Positions 14,377-24,340 of a DNA stretch of 62,000 bases are shown piece by piece. Position numbers and translations under genes: made by a program. The notes beneath the pieces were generated by a model. The model ran no database searches. It saw nothing but the letters and a program-made list of their open reading frames with translations, and was not told the origin of the DNA. The DNA lies in NCBI RefSeq assembly GCF_000737315.1, contig NZ_JMCB01000003.1, forward strand, positions 144,001 through 206,000. Reading direction: 5' to 3'. Every line of letters begins with the position of its first letter. The stretch's first letter is position 1. Source of the DNA: Hyalangium minutum. GTDB taxonomy: Bacteria > Myxococcota > Myxococcia > Myxococcales > Myxococcaceae.

Positions 14377-16101
14377 ATGACCCATTCCCACTCTTCCTCC
14401 TTCTCGAATGCGCGGGTGCGTCCCAGCGTCTTCAAGTTGCTCGGGGCCCTCGTTGCCGGCTCCGTGCTCACCCTCTCGGCTGGCTGCAGCGAAGATGAGC
14501 TGACGCCCGCGCAGGCGCCGACGAAGGTCCAGCTGATCGCCTTCAACGACTTCCACGGCAACCTGGAGCCCCCCACGGGGAGCAACGGCCGCATCCGGGT
14601 GCCGACCAGCGATGGGAAGGGCGCGGATGTGAACGCGGGCGGCGGCGCGTACCTCGCCTACCACATCGACAAGCTGCGCCAGCGCAACGAGAACACGGTG
14701 GTGGTGTCCGCGGGTGACCTGATCGGCGCCTCGCCGCTGGTGTCGGGCATCTTCCACGACGAGCCCACCATCGAGCTGATGAACCTGATCGGCCTGGACA
14801 TCAACGGCGTGGGCAACCACGAGTTCGATGACGGCCGCGACGAGCTGCTGCGCATGCAGAACGGCGGTTGCCACGCCAACGGCTGCGAGGCCAGCGCCTC
14901 GTTCCCGGGCGCGAAGTTCAAGTTCCTGTCGGCCAACGTGATCGACACGGTCTCCAACAAGCCCCTGCTGGACGCCTACACCATCAAGGAGTTCGGCGGC
15001 CAGAAGATCGCCTTCATCGGCATGACGCTGGAGGGCACCTCGACCATCGTGAACCTGGCCGGCATCGTGAACCTCTCCTTCAAGGACGAGGCGGACACGG
15101 TCAACGCGCTGGTCCCCGAGCTGAAGAGTCAGGGCGTGGAGGCCATCGTGGTGCTCATCCACGAGGGCGGTGCGCAGGTGGCCACGGGCTACTACAATGA
15201 GTGCGCCGGCATCTCCGGTCCCATCGTGGCGCTGACCGAGCGGTTCGATGACGCGGTGGACGTGGTCGTCTCCGGCCACACCCACCAGGCGTACAACTGC
15301 ACCATCGACGGCAAGCTCGTCACCAGCGCGGCCAGCCTCGGGCGCCTGCTCACCACCATTGATCTGACGCTGGATCCCTCCACGGGCGACATCGTGGAGA
15401 AGGTGGCCAACAACAACATCGTCACCCGCGACAACGCGAACACCCCGGCCGATACGCTGGTGAAGAAATACGTCAAAGACGCCACGCCCCTGGCCAGCCG
15501 CATCCTCGGCAACACGCCGGTGGAGCTGAAGGCCCCCATCCGGCCGCTGCCGGCGGGTATGTCGGGTGAGTCCATCCTGGGCAACATCGTTGCGGACGGG
15601 ATGCTCGCGGCCACCAAGGACGAGGCCAAGGGCGGCGCCGTGATCGCGTTCCAGAACCCGGGCGGCATCCGCGCGGACATCAACGCCGGGGACATCACCT
15701 TCGGCGAGGTCTTCACCGTTCAGCCCTTCGCCAACAACCTGGTGACGCTCACCCTGACGGGTGCCCAGATCGAGAAGGTGCTGGAGCAGCAGTGGGGCGC
15801 CAACGTCTCCATCATGCAGGTGTCCGAGGGTTTCTCCTACACCTGGAAGGAGTCGGGGCCGGCGGGGGACAAGATCGATCCGGCGAGCATCATGCTCAAC
15901 GGGACGGTGATTGACCCGGCGGCGAGCTACCGCGTGACGGTGAACAACTTCATGGCCAGCGGTGGTGACGGCTACCTGGCGTTCACCGAGGGCACGGGTC
16001 TGCTTACGGGTCCGATCGATCTCGACTCGCTCGAGGCCTACCTGCGGGTGAACAACCCGCTGACGGTCCCCTCGCTGGGCCGCATCACGCTCGTGCCGTA
16101 A
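14377..16101 (+). CDS. Lipoprotein bifunctional metallophosphatase / 5'-nucleotidase
   Basis: Lipobox LSAGC, NDFHG, AGDLIG, GNHEFD, SGHTH, NPGGIR, VQPFAN, GGDGY. Confidence 0.92.
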   Translation: MTHSHSSSFSNARVRPSVFKLLGALVAGSVLTLSAGCSEDELTPAQAPTKVQLIAFNDFHGNLEPPTGSNGRIRVPTSDGKGADVNAGGGAYLAYHIDKLRQRNENTVVVSAGDLIGASPLVSGIFHDEPTIELMNLIGLDINGVGNHEFDDGRDELLRMQNGGCHANGCEASASFPGAKFKFLSANVIDTVSNKPLLDAYTIKEFGGQKIAFIGMTLEGTSTIVNLAGIVNLSFKDEADTVNALVPELKSQGVEAIVVLIHEGGAQVATGYYNECAGISGPIVALTERFDDAVDVVVSGHTHQAYNCTIDGKLVTSAASLGRLLTTIDLTLDPSTGDIVEKVANNNIVTRDNANTPADTLVKKYVKDATPLASRILGNTPVELKAPIRPLPAGMSGESILGNIVADGMLAATKDEAKGGAVIAFQNPGGIRADINAGDITFGEVFTVQPFANNLVTLTLTGAQIEKVLEQQWGANVSIMQVSEGFSYTWKESGPAGDKIDPASIMLNGTVIDPAASYRVTVNNFMASGGDGYLAFTEGTGLLTGPIDLDSLEAYLRVNNPLTVPSLGRITLVP

Positions 16102-16110
16102 GCCGTTTCA

Positions 16111-16152
16111 GAGCGCCCCTCTCTCGGTTGCGGGAGGGGGAGGGGCGTGCTC
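16111..16152 (+). terminator. Imperfect GC-rich hairpin after the 5'-nucleotidase gene
   Basis: CGCCCCT(CTCTC) ... (GGGAGGGG)AGGGGCG inverted repeat; no U-tract. Confidence 0.3.
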
Positions 16153-16172
16153 TCCGCCCGCGGAGCTCCGCC

Positions 16173-17627
16173 ATGCATCTTCGTGAGTATGTGACCTTCG
16201 ATGGGCTCGGCCTGGCGGAGCTCGTCCGGCGTCGAGAGGTGAAGCCAGAGGAACTCGTCCAGGTGGCGCTGTCGGCCATCGAGGCGGTGAATCCTTCCCT
16301 CAACGCCGTCATTGGCCTGGTGGAGGCCGAGACTCGGGCCACGCTGGCCAAGCCGCTGCCCGAGGGCCCCTTCACCGGTGTTCCCTTCCTGATGAAGGAT
16401 CTGGTGTTGCACATGGCCGGGGTCCCCACGGACATGGGGAGCCGGCTCTTCCAGGGGATGGTGGCGCCTCACGACACCACGCTCATGGCGCGCTACCGGC
16501 GCGCGGGCCTCATCCCGCTGGGAAGGACCAACGCGCCCGAGCTGGGCTTCAACGCCAGCACCGAGCCCGTACTGCACGGCCCCACGCGCAACCCGTGGAA
16601 CCCGGAGTACAGCACGGGAGGTTCCAGCGGCGGCTCGGCGGCGGCGGTGAGCGCGGGCATGGTGCCCGTGGCCTATGCGAACGATGGTGCGGGCTCCATC
16701 CGCATCCCCGCCTCGCTGTGTGGCCTGTTCGGCCTGAAGCCCACGCGCGGCCGGACGCCGTCAGGGCCGGATGTGGCCGAGGGCCTGAACGGGCTGGGCG
16801 TGGAGCATGTGCTGTCGCGCTCGGTCCGCGACAGCGCGGCCCTGTTGGATGCCACGCTGGGGCCGGACGTGGGCGACCGGTACTCGATCACGCCTCCGGA
16901 GCGGCCGTATCTGGAGGAGGTGGCACGTGAGCCTGGGCGCCTGCGCATTGCCGTCACTTGGGATACGGGCGCTCAGGTTGCCGTGAGCCCCGAGTGCGTG
17001 GCCGCGGTGGAGGCCACCGCGAAGCTGTGCCGCGAGCTGGGGCATGAGGTGATCGAGGCGAAGCCCTCGTATCGCCCTCAGGCGATGTGGACCTCGCTGG
17101 CGGCGCTCTGGAGCTCGGGGACAGCGGCGTTGGTGGATGGGATGTCGGCGATGATGGGCCGCACGCCAGGGCCGGATGTGCTGGAGGCCTCGATCTGGGC
17201 CACCGTGCTGAAGGGCCGGGAGCTCACGGCGGTGGAGCTGCAGCGGGCCTTCGCGATCATGAACCACCTCTCGCGCGAGGTGGGCCGCTTCTTCCTGCAG
17301 TATGACGTGCTGCTCACGCCCACGCTGCCCTATGCGCCGTACCGGCTGGGGGTGCTGAACGCGAACGCGCCGACGACGGCGGACGAGTGGATGCAGCACG
17401 CCTTCGGCTACTGCGCGTTCACGGCCCTGTACAACCTCACCGGCCAGCCTGCCATGAACGTGCCGCTCCACTGGAGCGCCGAGGGCCTTCCCGTGGGCGT
17501 CCAGTTCGTGAGCCGCTTCGAGGATGAGGCGACGCTGTTCCGCCTGGCCGGGCAGTTGGAGCGGGCTCGGCCCTGGGCGAAGCGGACTCCGCCCATTCAT
17601 GCCGCGAGCGCTCGCGGGGCCGCCTGA
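16173..17627 (+). CDS. Amidase signature family enzyme
   Basis: VPFLMKD, TGGSSGGSAAAV, NDGAGSIRIPASLCGLFGLKP, NLTGQPA. Confidence 0.93.
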   Translation: MHLREYVTFDGLGLAELVRRREVKPEELVQVALSAIEAVNPSLNAVIGLVEAETRATLAKPLPEGPFTGVPFLMKDLVLHMAGVPTDMGSRLFQGMVAPHDTTLMARYRRAGLIPLGRTNAPELGFNASTEPVLHGPTRNPWNPEYSTGGSSGGSAAAVSAGMVPVAYANDGAGSIRIPASLCGLFGLKPTRGRTPSGPDVAEGLNGLGVEHVLSRSVRDSAALLDATLGPDVGDRYSITPPERPYLEEVAREPGRLRIAVTWDTGAQVAVSPECVAAVEATAKLCRELGHEVIEAKPSYRPQAMWTSLAALWSSGTAALVDGMSAMMGRTPGPDVLEASIWATVLKGRELTAVELQRAFAIMNHLSREVGRFFLQYDVLLTPTLPYAPYRLGVLNANAPTTADEWMQHAFGYCAFTALYNLTGQPAMNVPLHWSAEGLPVGVQFVSRFEDEATLFRLAGQLERARPWAKRTPPIHAASARGAA

Positions 17628-17705
17628 GAGGGGCGCTCCGGCAGCAGCGCAATGCGTTAGGAAAAGATGCTATGAGCACCAATGAAATGGTATGAGCCCC
17701 AATTA

Positions 17706-18131
17706 ATGAGGGTTCTGCTGGCCAACCACCACCTGCAGTACCGAGCGGGGTCCGAGCTTTACTGCCTGGAACTTGCGACGGCCCTGCAGCGGGTGGGTCA
17801 TTGGGAGGCGGAGGAGCAGGCCCGGCGCGCCGAGCACGAGAGGCTCTTGGCACAGCTTCAGCACCAGCGATCCGAGCTGGAGGCACGGGCTCGGGCGTTG
17901 GAGGCGGAGCTGGGTGCGAAGGTCGGCGAGGCCGCGAACCTCCAGGCGGAGCTGGCGTCCGAGCAGCTCTTTCGCCAGCAGCGAGAGCAGGAACTGGAGG
18001 CCATCCACACCAGCATGGCGTGGAAGGGCGTCAACCTGCTGCGTGCCCTCAAGGATCGAACCCTCTTCGTGCCACACACCCGGAGCCGGTGGATCTACGA
18101 CCGAGTCTTGCAGCGGCTCAAGGCGCAGTGA
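17706..18131 (+). pseudogene. Probable internally deleted GT4 glycosyltransferase remnant (N-terminus fused in frame to a coiled-coil tail)
   Basis: MRVLLANHHLQYRAGSELYCLELATALQRVGH is a GT4-like first strand/helix; it jumps directly into a coiled coil and an SMAWK..LR tail. Confidence 0.5.
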
Positions 18132-18160
18132 GGGCAGGGAAGGAAGGGATCTGGGGCGGC

Positions 18161-20098
18161 TTATTTCCGCCGCGAGGGGCACCGGCCGCAGTGCTCCGAG
18201 AGGTGGAGCGCGTACACCACCCCTGCGGTTTCGTTGCGTGCCAGCAGCTCCGTGGGCTTGGACTGCACCCCGCGCGCGAACGCCTGCACCGTCTTCCACG
18301 CCGTCTTGGGATCTGGGGAGAACAGTGCCCCGTGGGCCGAGTCCTCCCACTGCAGCGTGCTCATCCAGTACTCCCAGCGGCCCGCGTCGGCGGACTCGGG
18401 CAGGGCGATCTCCGAGACCCGGGCCTCCTTGAACAGTGGCTTCACTTGAAGCTGGGCCTCGTAGCGCTCCACCTCGAGCGGCAGCTCGAACAGGAAGAGG
18501 CGCCCCGGCGGAGCCCCGGAGCCGGCGCGCACCGTCACCCGCATTCGAGAAGGCCTCGGGTACGCATCCTCCAGGCGCGCGGTGGCCTTCACGTACGCCG
18601 TGATCACATCCGAGTGGTCCGTGAGGGCCTCGTCCACCGCCACCTTGTTGCGCAGCACGTGCTCGCGCTCCTTGGCGTCGTACTCGGACAGGTCCGACAG
18701 GCACACGTCGCACGGTGAGGTGAGCCCCGTTATCAGCGCGCAGACGCTCCCCGACGGCTTCGAATATTCGCCGTCGGGATCGAACTCCAGCGTCTCGACC
18801 TGCGCCGCCAGCGGCGAGCCCGAGCACCCGTAGATGCTCGTCACCGTCTCGATCTTCCACTCCTTGCTCTGGGCCAGTGTCCCTCCCGGCGCTGCTTCCT
18901 TCATCCGGACTGCCGCGGCCACCGCCAACCGGTAGCGCTCGCCGTGGAAGGCCTCGTCGATCAGCGCCGGAGCAACCTGCGGCACTTCCTGGGGCTCGGC
19001 GATGATGAGGGCTCGTTTCAGCAACTCCATCCGCTCCTGGCCGTGCTCCTCACGAGAGAGGGTGTTCACCTGGGCCAGGTGCTCGGTGGCGCTGAGGCGC
19101 TTCGCCTGGAGGACCGCGAGCCGCATGTATCCCCGCGAGCTGAGGCCCCGCTGTTCGGGAGAGAGCGCCGCGGTCTCGCCCGCGTCGATCTTCGCCAGAT
19201 CCCCCAGGTTCACCGCCATCCACGGCGTCTTCTTCGCGACGAGCGCCACGTGAGCCCACGGCCCTTGGACGTTGAGCACCTCCACGGCTGCGTTCACCGG
19301 GAGCATGGTCACGATGGCATCTCGATCATCCGGGCCCTCGCGCACCGAGGCCCGGTACGGGATGACATAGCCCTGGGTACCCTTGGCGGGAGGCGCGGCC
19401 TCCGTGGCCGCCTTCTCCGTGAAGTCAATCAGCTCTCGCCCCAGCTCTCCTGGCTCCGTCTCAGCGACGGTGATCGCCTCCACGAGCGCACCGCTCCGGC
19501 CGTTGCCCTCGGCCATCGCCAGGGCTGCCTTCGCCAGCGGCTTCGCTCGCTCGAAGTCTCCCTTCTTGAGGTACTCGCTGGAGGCCTCCAGCAGGTTGCG
19601 CGTCAGAGGCTTCTCCGCCGAGAGCCCGAACTCGTCCACGTAGCCGCGCAGCGCCCCTCCTTGGATCACCCCGTGGTACTCCGCCGCGCCGGGAGGCTCC
19701 TGGGCCAGCAGCTGAACCTCCGTGCCCAGCTTCAGCGTCTCCACGACGCGCCCCGAGGACTCCCGCGTCGCATGCACGGGCACCTCCTCCAGCCGCACGA
19801 ACCGGGTCTCGCCTCGGAGCGGGTAGGGGGCCAGTCCATCGAGCTTCGTCCAGCGGGTGCCTCCCTTCGCCTCGATGCGGTACCACGCCGCGTCCTCCCA
19901 GAACCGAGGGGAGTGCACCTGGACCCGTGCGCCCAGCGGCAGCTTCTCCACCACGTCGGCGTCGTCGCGCGCCTCGCTCCGGAGCTCCAGGCTGTCCTGG
20001 GTGACGGTCATCTCCTGCGAGGAGCCGCAGGCCCCACCGAGCAGCAGCACCAGGGCCCAGGCCACGGCATGGAGCAACGAGAGCGTTCGCGAGCGCAT
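18161..20098 (-). CDS. Lipoprotein with SH3b-like repeats and TPR-like helices
   Basis: Lipobox LGGAC; LELRSEARDDADVVEKLPLGARV, VETLKLGTEVQLL, ASVREGPDDRDAIVTMLPVNAAVEV. Confidence 0.65.
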   Translation of the reverse strand: MRSRTLSLLHAVAWALVLLLGGACGSSQEMTVTQDSLELRSEARDDADVVEKLPLGARVQVHSPRFWEDAAWYRIEAKGGTRWTKLDGLAPYPLRGETRFVRLEEVPVHATRESSGRVVETLKLGTEVQLLAQEPPGAAEYHGVIQGGALRGYVDEFGLSAEKPLTRNLLEASSEYLKKGDFERAKPLAKAALAMAEGNGRSGALVEAITVAETEPGELGRELIDFTEKAATEAAPPAKGTQGYVIPYRASVREGPDDRDAIVTMLPVNAAVEVLNVQGPWAHVALVAKKTPWMAVNLGDLAKIDAGETAALSPEQRGLSSRGYMRLAVLQAKRLSATEHLAQVNTLSREEHGQERMELLKRALIIAEPQEVPQVAPALIDEAFHGERYRLAVAAAVRMKEAAPGGTLAQSKEWKIETVTSIYGCSGSPLAAQVETLEFDPDGEYSKPSGSVCALITGLTSPCDVCLSDLSEYDAKEREHVLRNKVAVDEALTDHSDVITAYVKATARLEDAYPRPSRMRVTVRAGSGAPPGRLFLFELPLEVERYEAQLQVKPLFKEARVSEIALPESADAGRWEYWMSTLQWEDSAHGALFSPDPKTAWKTVQAFARGVQSKPTELLARNETAGVVYALHLSEHCGRCPSRRK

Positions 20099-20161
20099 GT
20101 GGCCCGCAGGAAACCCCATCGAGCGGCCCTCGACAATGGCGGCAGAGCCCGGCGCCGCGGT

Positions 20162-21013
20162 TCACCCGCGATAGATGGGGGTGGGAGAGGGGGGCGTGGT
20201 GGCCGGGAGGATCTGCCGGAGCGCTTCGTTGATGGTGCGCCGGTGCCGCCACTGCTTCGGATACCCGAGCGACACCTCCTCGAAGCGCACGCCTTCCTCC
20301 CAGAAGGTGAGAGGGATGTGCAGGTGGCCGGTGACGACGACCTCGGCCCGGAAGCGCTGGGGCCAGTCCTCGGTCTGCCGCGTCCCGCACCAGATGGAGA
20401 AGCGGGGGATGCGCGGGAGGCGGGCGTGGTGCCGGCGCAGCGGGAAGTGGTTGACGAGGATCGTCGCGCAATCCGAGGGCAGGGCCTCCAGGCGCTTTCG
20501 GGTCTGCTCACAGCGCGCGGCGCACCACGCGGAGCGCGAGGGGTACGGATCGGGGAACAGGAGCGACTCGTCCGCGCACAGCACACCGGACTCCACGGCC
20601 CAATTCACCGCGTCCTGCTCGGGGACGTCATCCGGGCGGAACGAGTAGTCATAGAGCAAGAAGAGCGGCGCGATGATCCGCGGAGGGCCCTCTCCGGGCC
20701 ACCGGGGATACGGGTCCTCGGGCGTGAGGACTCCGTGGCTCCGGCACACGTCGACGAGCTGCTGGTACTGAGCCTCTCCCCGAGGTGCCGAGGGGCTCTG
20801 GGAGAGTGTCCACAGCTCGTGGTTGCCGGGGACCCAGAGGAGCTGCCGGAAGCGCGGAGCCAGCGTCTCGAAGGCAAACTCCAGATCCTCGGGAGCCTCG
20901 CCCACGTCTCCGGCGACGATGAGCCAGTCGTCCGGGTGAGGCGAGAGCTGCGCGAGGGCCTCACGGTTCTCGGGGGCACGGACGTGGAGATCGCTGATGG
21001 CGTAGAGCTTCAT
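20162..21013 (-). CDS. Calcineurin-like metallophosphoesterase
   Basis: ISDLH, AGDVGE, PGNHE, NHFP, TGHLH. Confidence 0.9.
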   Translation of the reverse strand: MKLYAISDLHVRAPENREALAQLSPHPDDWLIVAGDVGEAPEDLEFAFETLAPRFRQLLWVPGNHELWTLSQSPSAPRGEAQYQQLVDVCRSHGVLTPEDPYPRWPGEGPPRIIAPLFLLYDYSFRPDDVPEQDAVNWAVESGVLCADESLLFPDPYPSRSAWCAARCEQTRKRLEALPSDCATILVNHFPLRRHHARLPRIPRFSIWCGTRQTEDWPQRFRAEVVVTGHLHIPLTFWEEGVRFEEVSLGYPKQWRHRRTINEALRQILPATTPPSPTPIYRG

Positions 21014-21088
21014 GTCCGGGTGTCTGGCTCACCGTGAGTGGTGAAAGAGCTGTTGTGCCTGCGGGAATCCTGAGTCTACACCTTCGGC

Positions 21089-22243
21089 ATGGAGACGCAG
21101 AGGACGGTCCTGATTGCGGGAGGCGGTATTGGAGGGCTCACCCTGGGAGTGGCGCTGCGCCGGGCTGGCTTCTCGGTCCGGGTCTTCGAGCGTGCGGCCT
21201 CCCTGCGCCCTGTGGGGGCGGGCATCACCATGCAGACCAACGCGATCCTCGCGTTCCGGACGATCGGGCTCGACGCCGAGGTCGCCGCGGCGGGCCAGGC
21301 CATGCAGCGTGGCTCCATTCTCGATTGGCGAGGCCGCTCGCTCGGGACGATGCTCGTGGGGGAGATGGCCCAGGAGCTTGGCGCTCCGATGATCGCCATT
21401 CACCGGGCCCGGCTCCAGGAAGTGCTCCAGAAGGCCCTGGGGCCGGAGCCGCTGACGCTGGGCACTCAAGTGGTGGGCTTCCGTGAGGAACCCGGAAGCG
21501 TCGTTGCCCGGCTCTCTGATGGCAGCGAGGTTTCGGGAGAGCTCCTGGTGGGTGCCGACGGCCTGCGCTCCACCGTGCGCGCGCAGCTCCTCCAGGATGG
21601 TGATCCCCCATACGCGGGGTACACGAGCTGGCGGGGCGTGTGCGAGGTCCCCGGAGTCGCGGACACGGCCTTCACCTCGGAGAGCTGGGGCCAGGGTCTG
21701 CGCTTCGGCATCGTGCCCATCGGACAGGGGCGCACCTACTGGTTCGCCACCGCCAACGCTCCTGCGGGCGGAGTGGACACCCCGGATGCCTACGGCGAGC
21801 TGCTGCTCCGCTTTGGCCACTGGCACTCGCCGATTCGAGCCCTCATCGAGCAGACGCCGGTCACGGCCATCGTTCGCACCGACATCTATGATCGTCCGCC
21901 GGTGCAGAGCTGGGCGCGGGGGCGCGTGGTGTTGCTCGGGGACGCGGCGCACCCGATGACGCCCAACATGGGGCAGGGTGGGGGACAGGCGGTGGAGGAT
22001 GCGGTGGTGCTCGCACGGTGCCTGGCCTCCGAGCCGGAGCTGTCCACCGCGCTGACCCGCTACCAGGCCTTGCGTGTGACTCGCGCCAACGGCTTTGTGA
22101 GCCAGTCGCGGCGGCTCGGAGAGGTGGGGCAGTGGGGGAACCCGCTGGCGTGCTGGGTGCGAGACCGGCTCTTCCAGCTCGTGCCCCAGAGCAGCATCCG
22201 CGCCAACCTCCGCCGCGTTTTGACGTTCAAGGCCCAGCCATGA
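21089..22243 (+). CDS. FAD-dependent monooxygenase (salicylate hydroxylase-like)
   Basis: GGGIGG, GADG, GDAAH, PNMGQG..AVED. Confidence 0.92.
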   Translation: METQRTVLIAGGGIGGLTLGVALRRAGFSVRVFERAASLRPVGAGITMQTNAILAFRTIGLDAEVAAAGQAMQRGSILDWRGRSLGTMLVGEMAQELGAPMIAIHRARLQEVLQKALGPEPLTLGTQVVGFREEPGSVVARLSDGSEVSGELLVGADGLRSTVRAQLLQDGDPPYAGYTSWRGVCEVPGVADTAFTSESWGQGLRFGIVPIGQGRTYWFATANAPAGGVDTPDAYGELLLRFGHWHSPIRALIEQTPVTAIVRTDIYDRPPVQSWARGRVVLLGDAAHPMTPNMGQGGGQAVEDAVVLARCLASEPELSTALTRYQALRVTRANGFVSQSRRLGEVGQWGNPLACWVRDRLFQLVPQSSIRANLRRVLTFKAQP

Positions 22244-22295
22244 GTTGCTGGCGCGCGAGCGATCCGGGGAGAGCCTTCTGCGGTAGGCTGTCCCC

Positions 22296-22949
22296 GTGTT
22301 CCCTCTCCGCATCGTACTGAGTCTCTGTCTGCTCACGGCGAGCGTTTCCTTCGCCCAATCAGCTCCCGTGGATGCTCCCTCTGAGCAGGCTGCGCCGAAG
22401 GGCGAGCTCTTCCCCTACCAGTACAAGTACGAGACCGAGGACTCTCCCGCGCTCGTGTTTCCGCGCGTCGTCGCGGAGGTGTTCGGCGGGGTGCTCGGCG
22501 GCGTGGGGATGGGCATCGTGGGGCTGCTCGCGGGCGTCTCCGCGCTCGAGGATGTGAGCTGCGGCTCGGGCGAGGTGTGCGCGGCCACCATCCTCATCAT
22601 CACGGTGCCGGCTGTGTTCGTGGGCATTCCCTTGGGCGTCCAGTACGCCGCGCAAGGACTGGGAGGCCGAGGCGATTTCCTACCGTCGCTCGCGGGCACT
22701 TTGTTGGGCACCGGGGCCGGGCTCCTCTACGGCTTGAGCCAGGACGGACCGGGCTACATGGCGGTGGGCCTTATCGTGGGGCCAGTCCTGGGCGCCGTGA
22801 TCGGATACGAGATCTCCCACGCGATGAACGCGTCTAGCTCCTACCAGGCGAGGGCTGGGAGTTCCTCCGCTCAAGCCTTGCGCGTGGCGCCGTTGATCGG
22901 CGCGACGCCTCGGGGCGGCTTCCTCGGAGGGCTGTCCGGGAGCTTCTAG
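22296..22949 (+). CDS. Hypothetical exported Gly-rich hydrophobic protein
   Basis: Signal peptide, several Gly-rich hydrophobic helices, C-terminal GLSGSF. Confidence 0.6.
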   Translation: MFPLRIVLSLCLLTASVSFAQSAPVDAPSEQAAPKGELFPYQYKYETEDSPALVFPRVVAEVFGGVLGGVGMGIVGLLAGVSALEDVSCGSGEVCAATILIITVPAVFVGIPLGVQYAAQGLGGRGDFLPSLAGTLLGTGAGLLYGLSQDGPGYMAVGLIVGPVLGAVIGYEISHAMNASSSYQARAGSSSAQALRVAPLIGATPRGGFLGGLSGSF

Positions 22950-22952
22950 CCG

Positions 22953-23480
22953 TCACCCGCTGCTCGAGCCCATGTGGCCCGGCGGGTTGCGCAGCCGCGT
23001 GTAGAGCGTCTCCGTCAGCAGGTACCAGAACTGCACGTACCCGATGCTCAGGATGTCCCCATCCTTGAGCGTCACCTCGCGCTTCATGATGATCGTCCCG
23101 TTGAGGAACGTGCCGTTGCGCGAGCCCAGGTCCTTCATCGTGCAGCGGCGATCGGCCTCGTTCCACTGCAGCACCGCGTGTTGCTTGGACACCGAGCCGT
23201 CATCCAGCACCACGTCGCAGTCCGGCAGTCGCCCGATCATCAGCGAGTCCTGCTCCTTCAGCGGCGGGAGGGTGGCCACCAGCAGGTCCTCGAACTCGAA
23301 CAGCAGCGAGAGCATCCCCTGCTCGATGGTGCCCCGGTTCGCCGTGTGCGTCGGGTCCAACACCGCCGAGGACTCAGGGCTCGGGGGCCGCTGAATCAGC
23401 ACGAAGGGCCCGAGCTGCTGGCGGAACTTCGCCTGCGTGAGAGCGGAGCCGAGCGCTCGCATTTCCTTGACCGAGATCAT
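22953..23480 (-). CDS. FHA domain protein
   Basis: IGRLPDCD, VSKQHA, DLGSRNGTFLNG. Confidence 0.9.
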   Translation of the reverse strand: MISVKEMRALGSALTQAKFRQQLGPFVLIQRPPSPESSAVLDPTHTANRGTIEQGMLSLLFEFEDLLVATLPPLKEQDSLMIGRLPDCDVVLDDGSVSKQHAVLQWNEADRRCTMKDLGSRNGTFLNGTIIMKREVTLKDGDILSIGYVQFWYLLTETLYTRLRNPPGHMGSSSG

Positions 23481-23724
23481 CGTGGGTCCACCTTAATAGA
23501 TCGCCGTCATGCCCACCCGCAGATCCGCACCCAGGGTCCGCGTCCAGGTCCAGGGTTCACCGGTCACCACCCCGGGACCTTTCCGGCAGCCTCGCCCGCT
23601 GCTTTCGTTTGCCCGGTTGCCGTTCGTCTCCTACATTCGGAAACTTCGTAAAGGCTGCTCCGGGTACCCCCGGCGAGGGGGCGGACAGGCGAACACTCAT
23701 CTGGTGGCGGAAGGAGCTGTGTCG

Positions 23725-24231
23725 ATGAGCGGGAACATCCCGATGACCCCTTATGGTCTCCGCAAGCTCAAGGAGGAACTCAAGCACCTCCAGACGGTGG
23801 AGCGCGGGAAGATCACTCGGGAGATTGAGGTCGCGCGGGCCCATGGTGACCTGAAGGAGAACGCCGAGTACCACGCGGCCAAGGAGAAGCAGTCCCACAT
23901 CGAGGGACGCATCCTGGATCTCAATGACTGGATCGCCCGAGCCGAGGTGATCGACACCAGCAAGCTCAAGGGGGATGCCGTCGTCTTTGGCGCTACCGTG
24001 ATGCTGCGGGACTCGGACACCGACAAGACGGTGACGTACCGGATCGTCGGGGAACTGGAGGCCGACATCAAGAAGCGCTGGCTGGCGGTCACCTCCCCCG
24101 TGGCCCGCGCGCTCATCGGCAAGAAGATGGGCGACACCGCCGTGGTCCGCAGTCCCGGAGGCGAGAAGGAGTACGAGATCGAGGAGATCCGCTTCGAGGA
24201 TCCCCCGGACGACGCCCCGTCCCCTCCTTGA
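23725..24231 (+). CDS. greA: Transcription elongation factor GreA
   Basis: ARAHGDLKENAEYHAAKE, VFGATV, SPVARALIGK. Confidence 0.95.
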   Translation: MSGNIPMTPYGLRKLKEELKHLQTVERGKITREIEVARAHGDLKENAEYHAAKEKQSHIEGRILDLNDWIARAEVIDTSKLKGDAVVFGATVMLRDSDTDKTVTYRIVGELEADIKKRWLAVTSPVARALIGKKMGDTAVVRSPGGEKEYEIEEIRFEDPPDDAPSPP

Positions 24232-24340
24232 CGCCTCGCGATATGCAGCTGCCGGGGGAGTGGGCATCTGCTCGCTCCCCCGCTTTCATTTCGTGCGGGA
24301 CGTCATCCCTGCTTTTTAGGATGAGCGCTCGGACCCGCTT

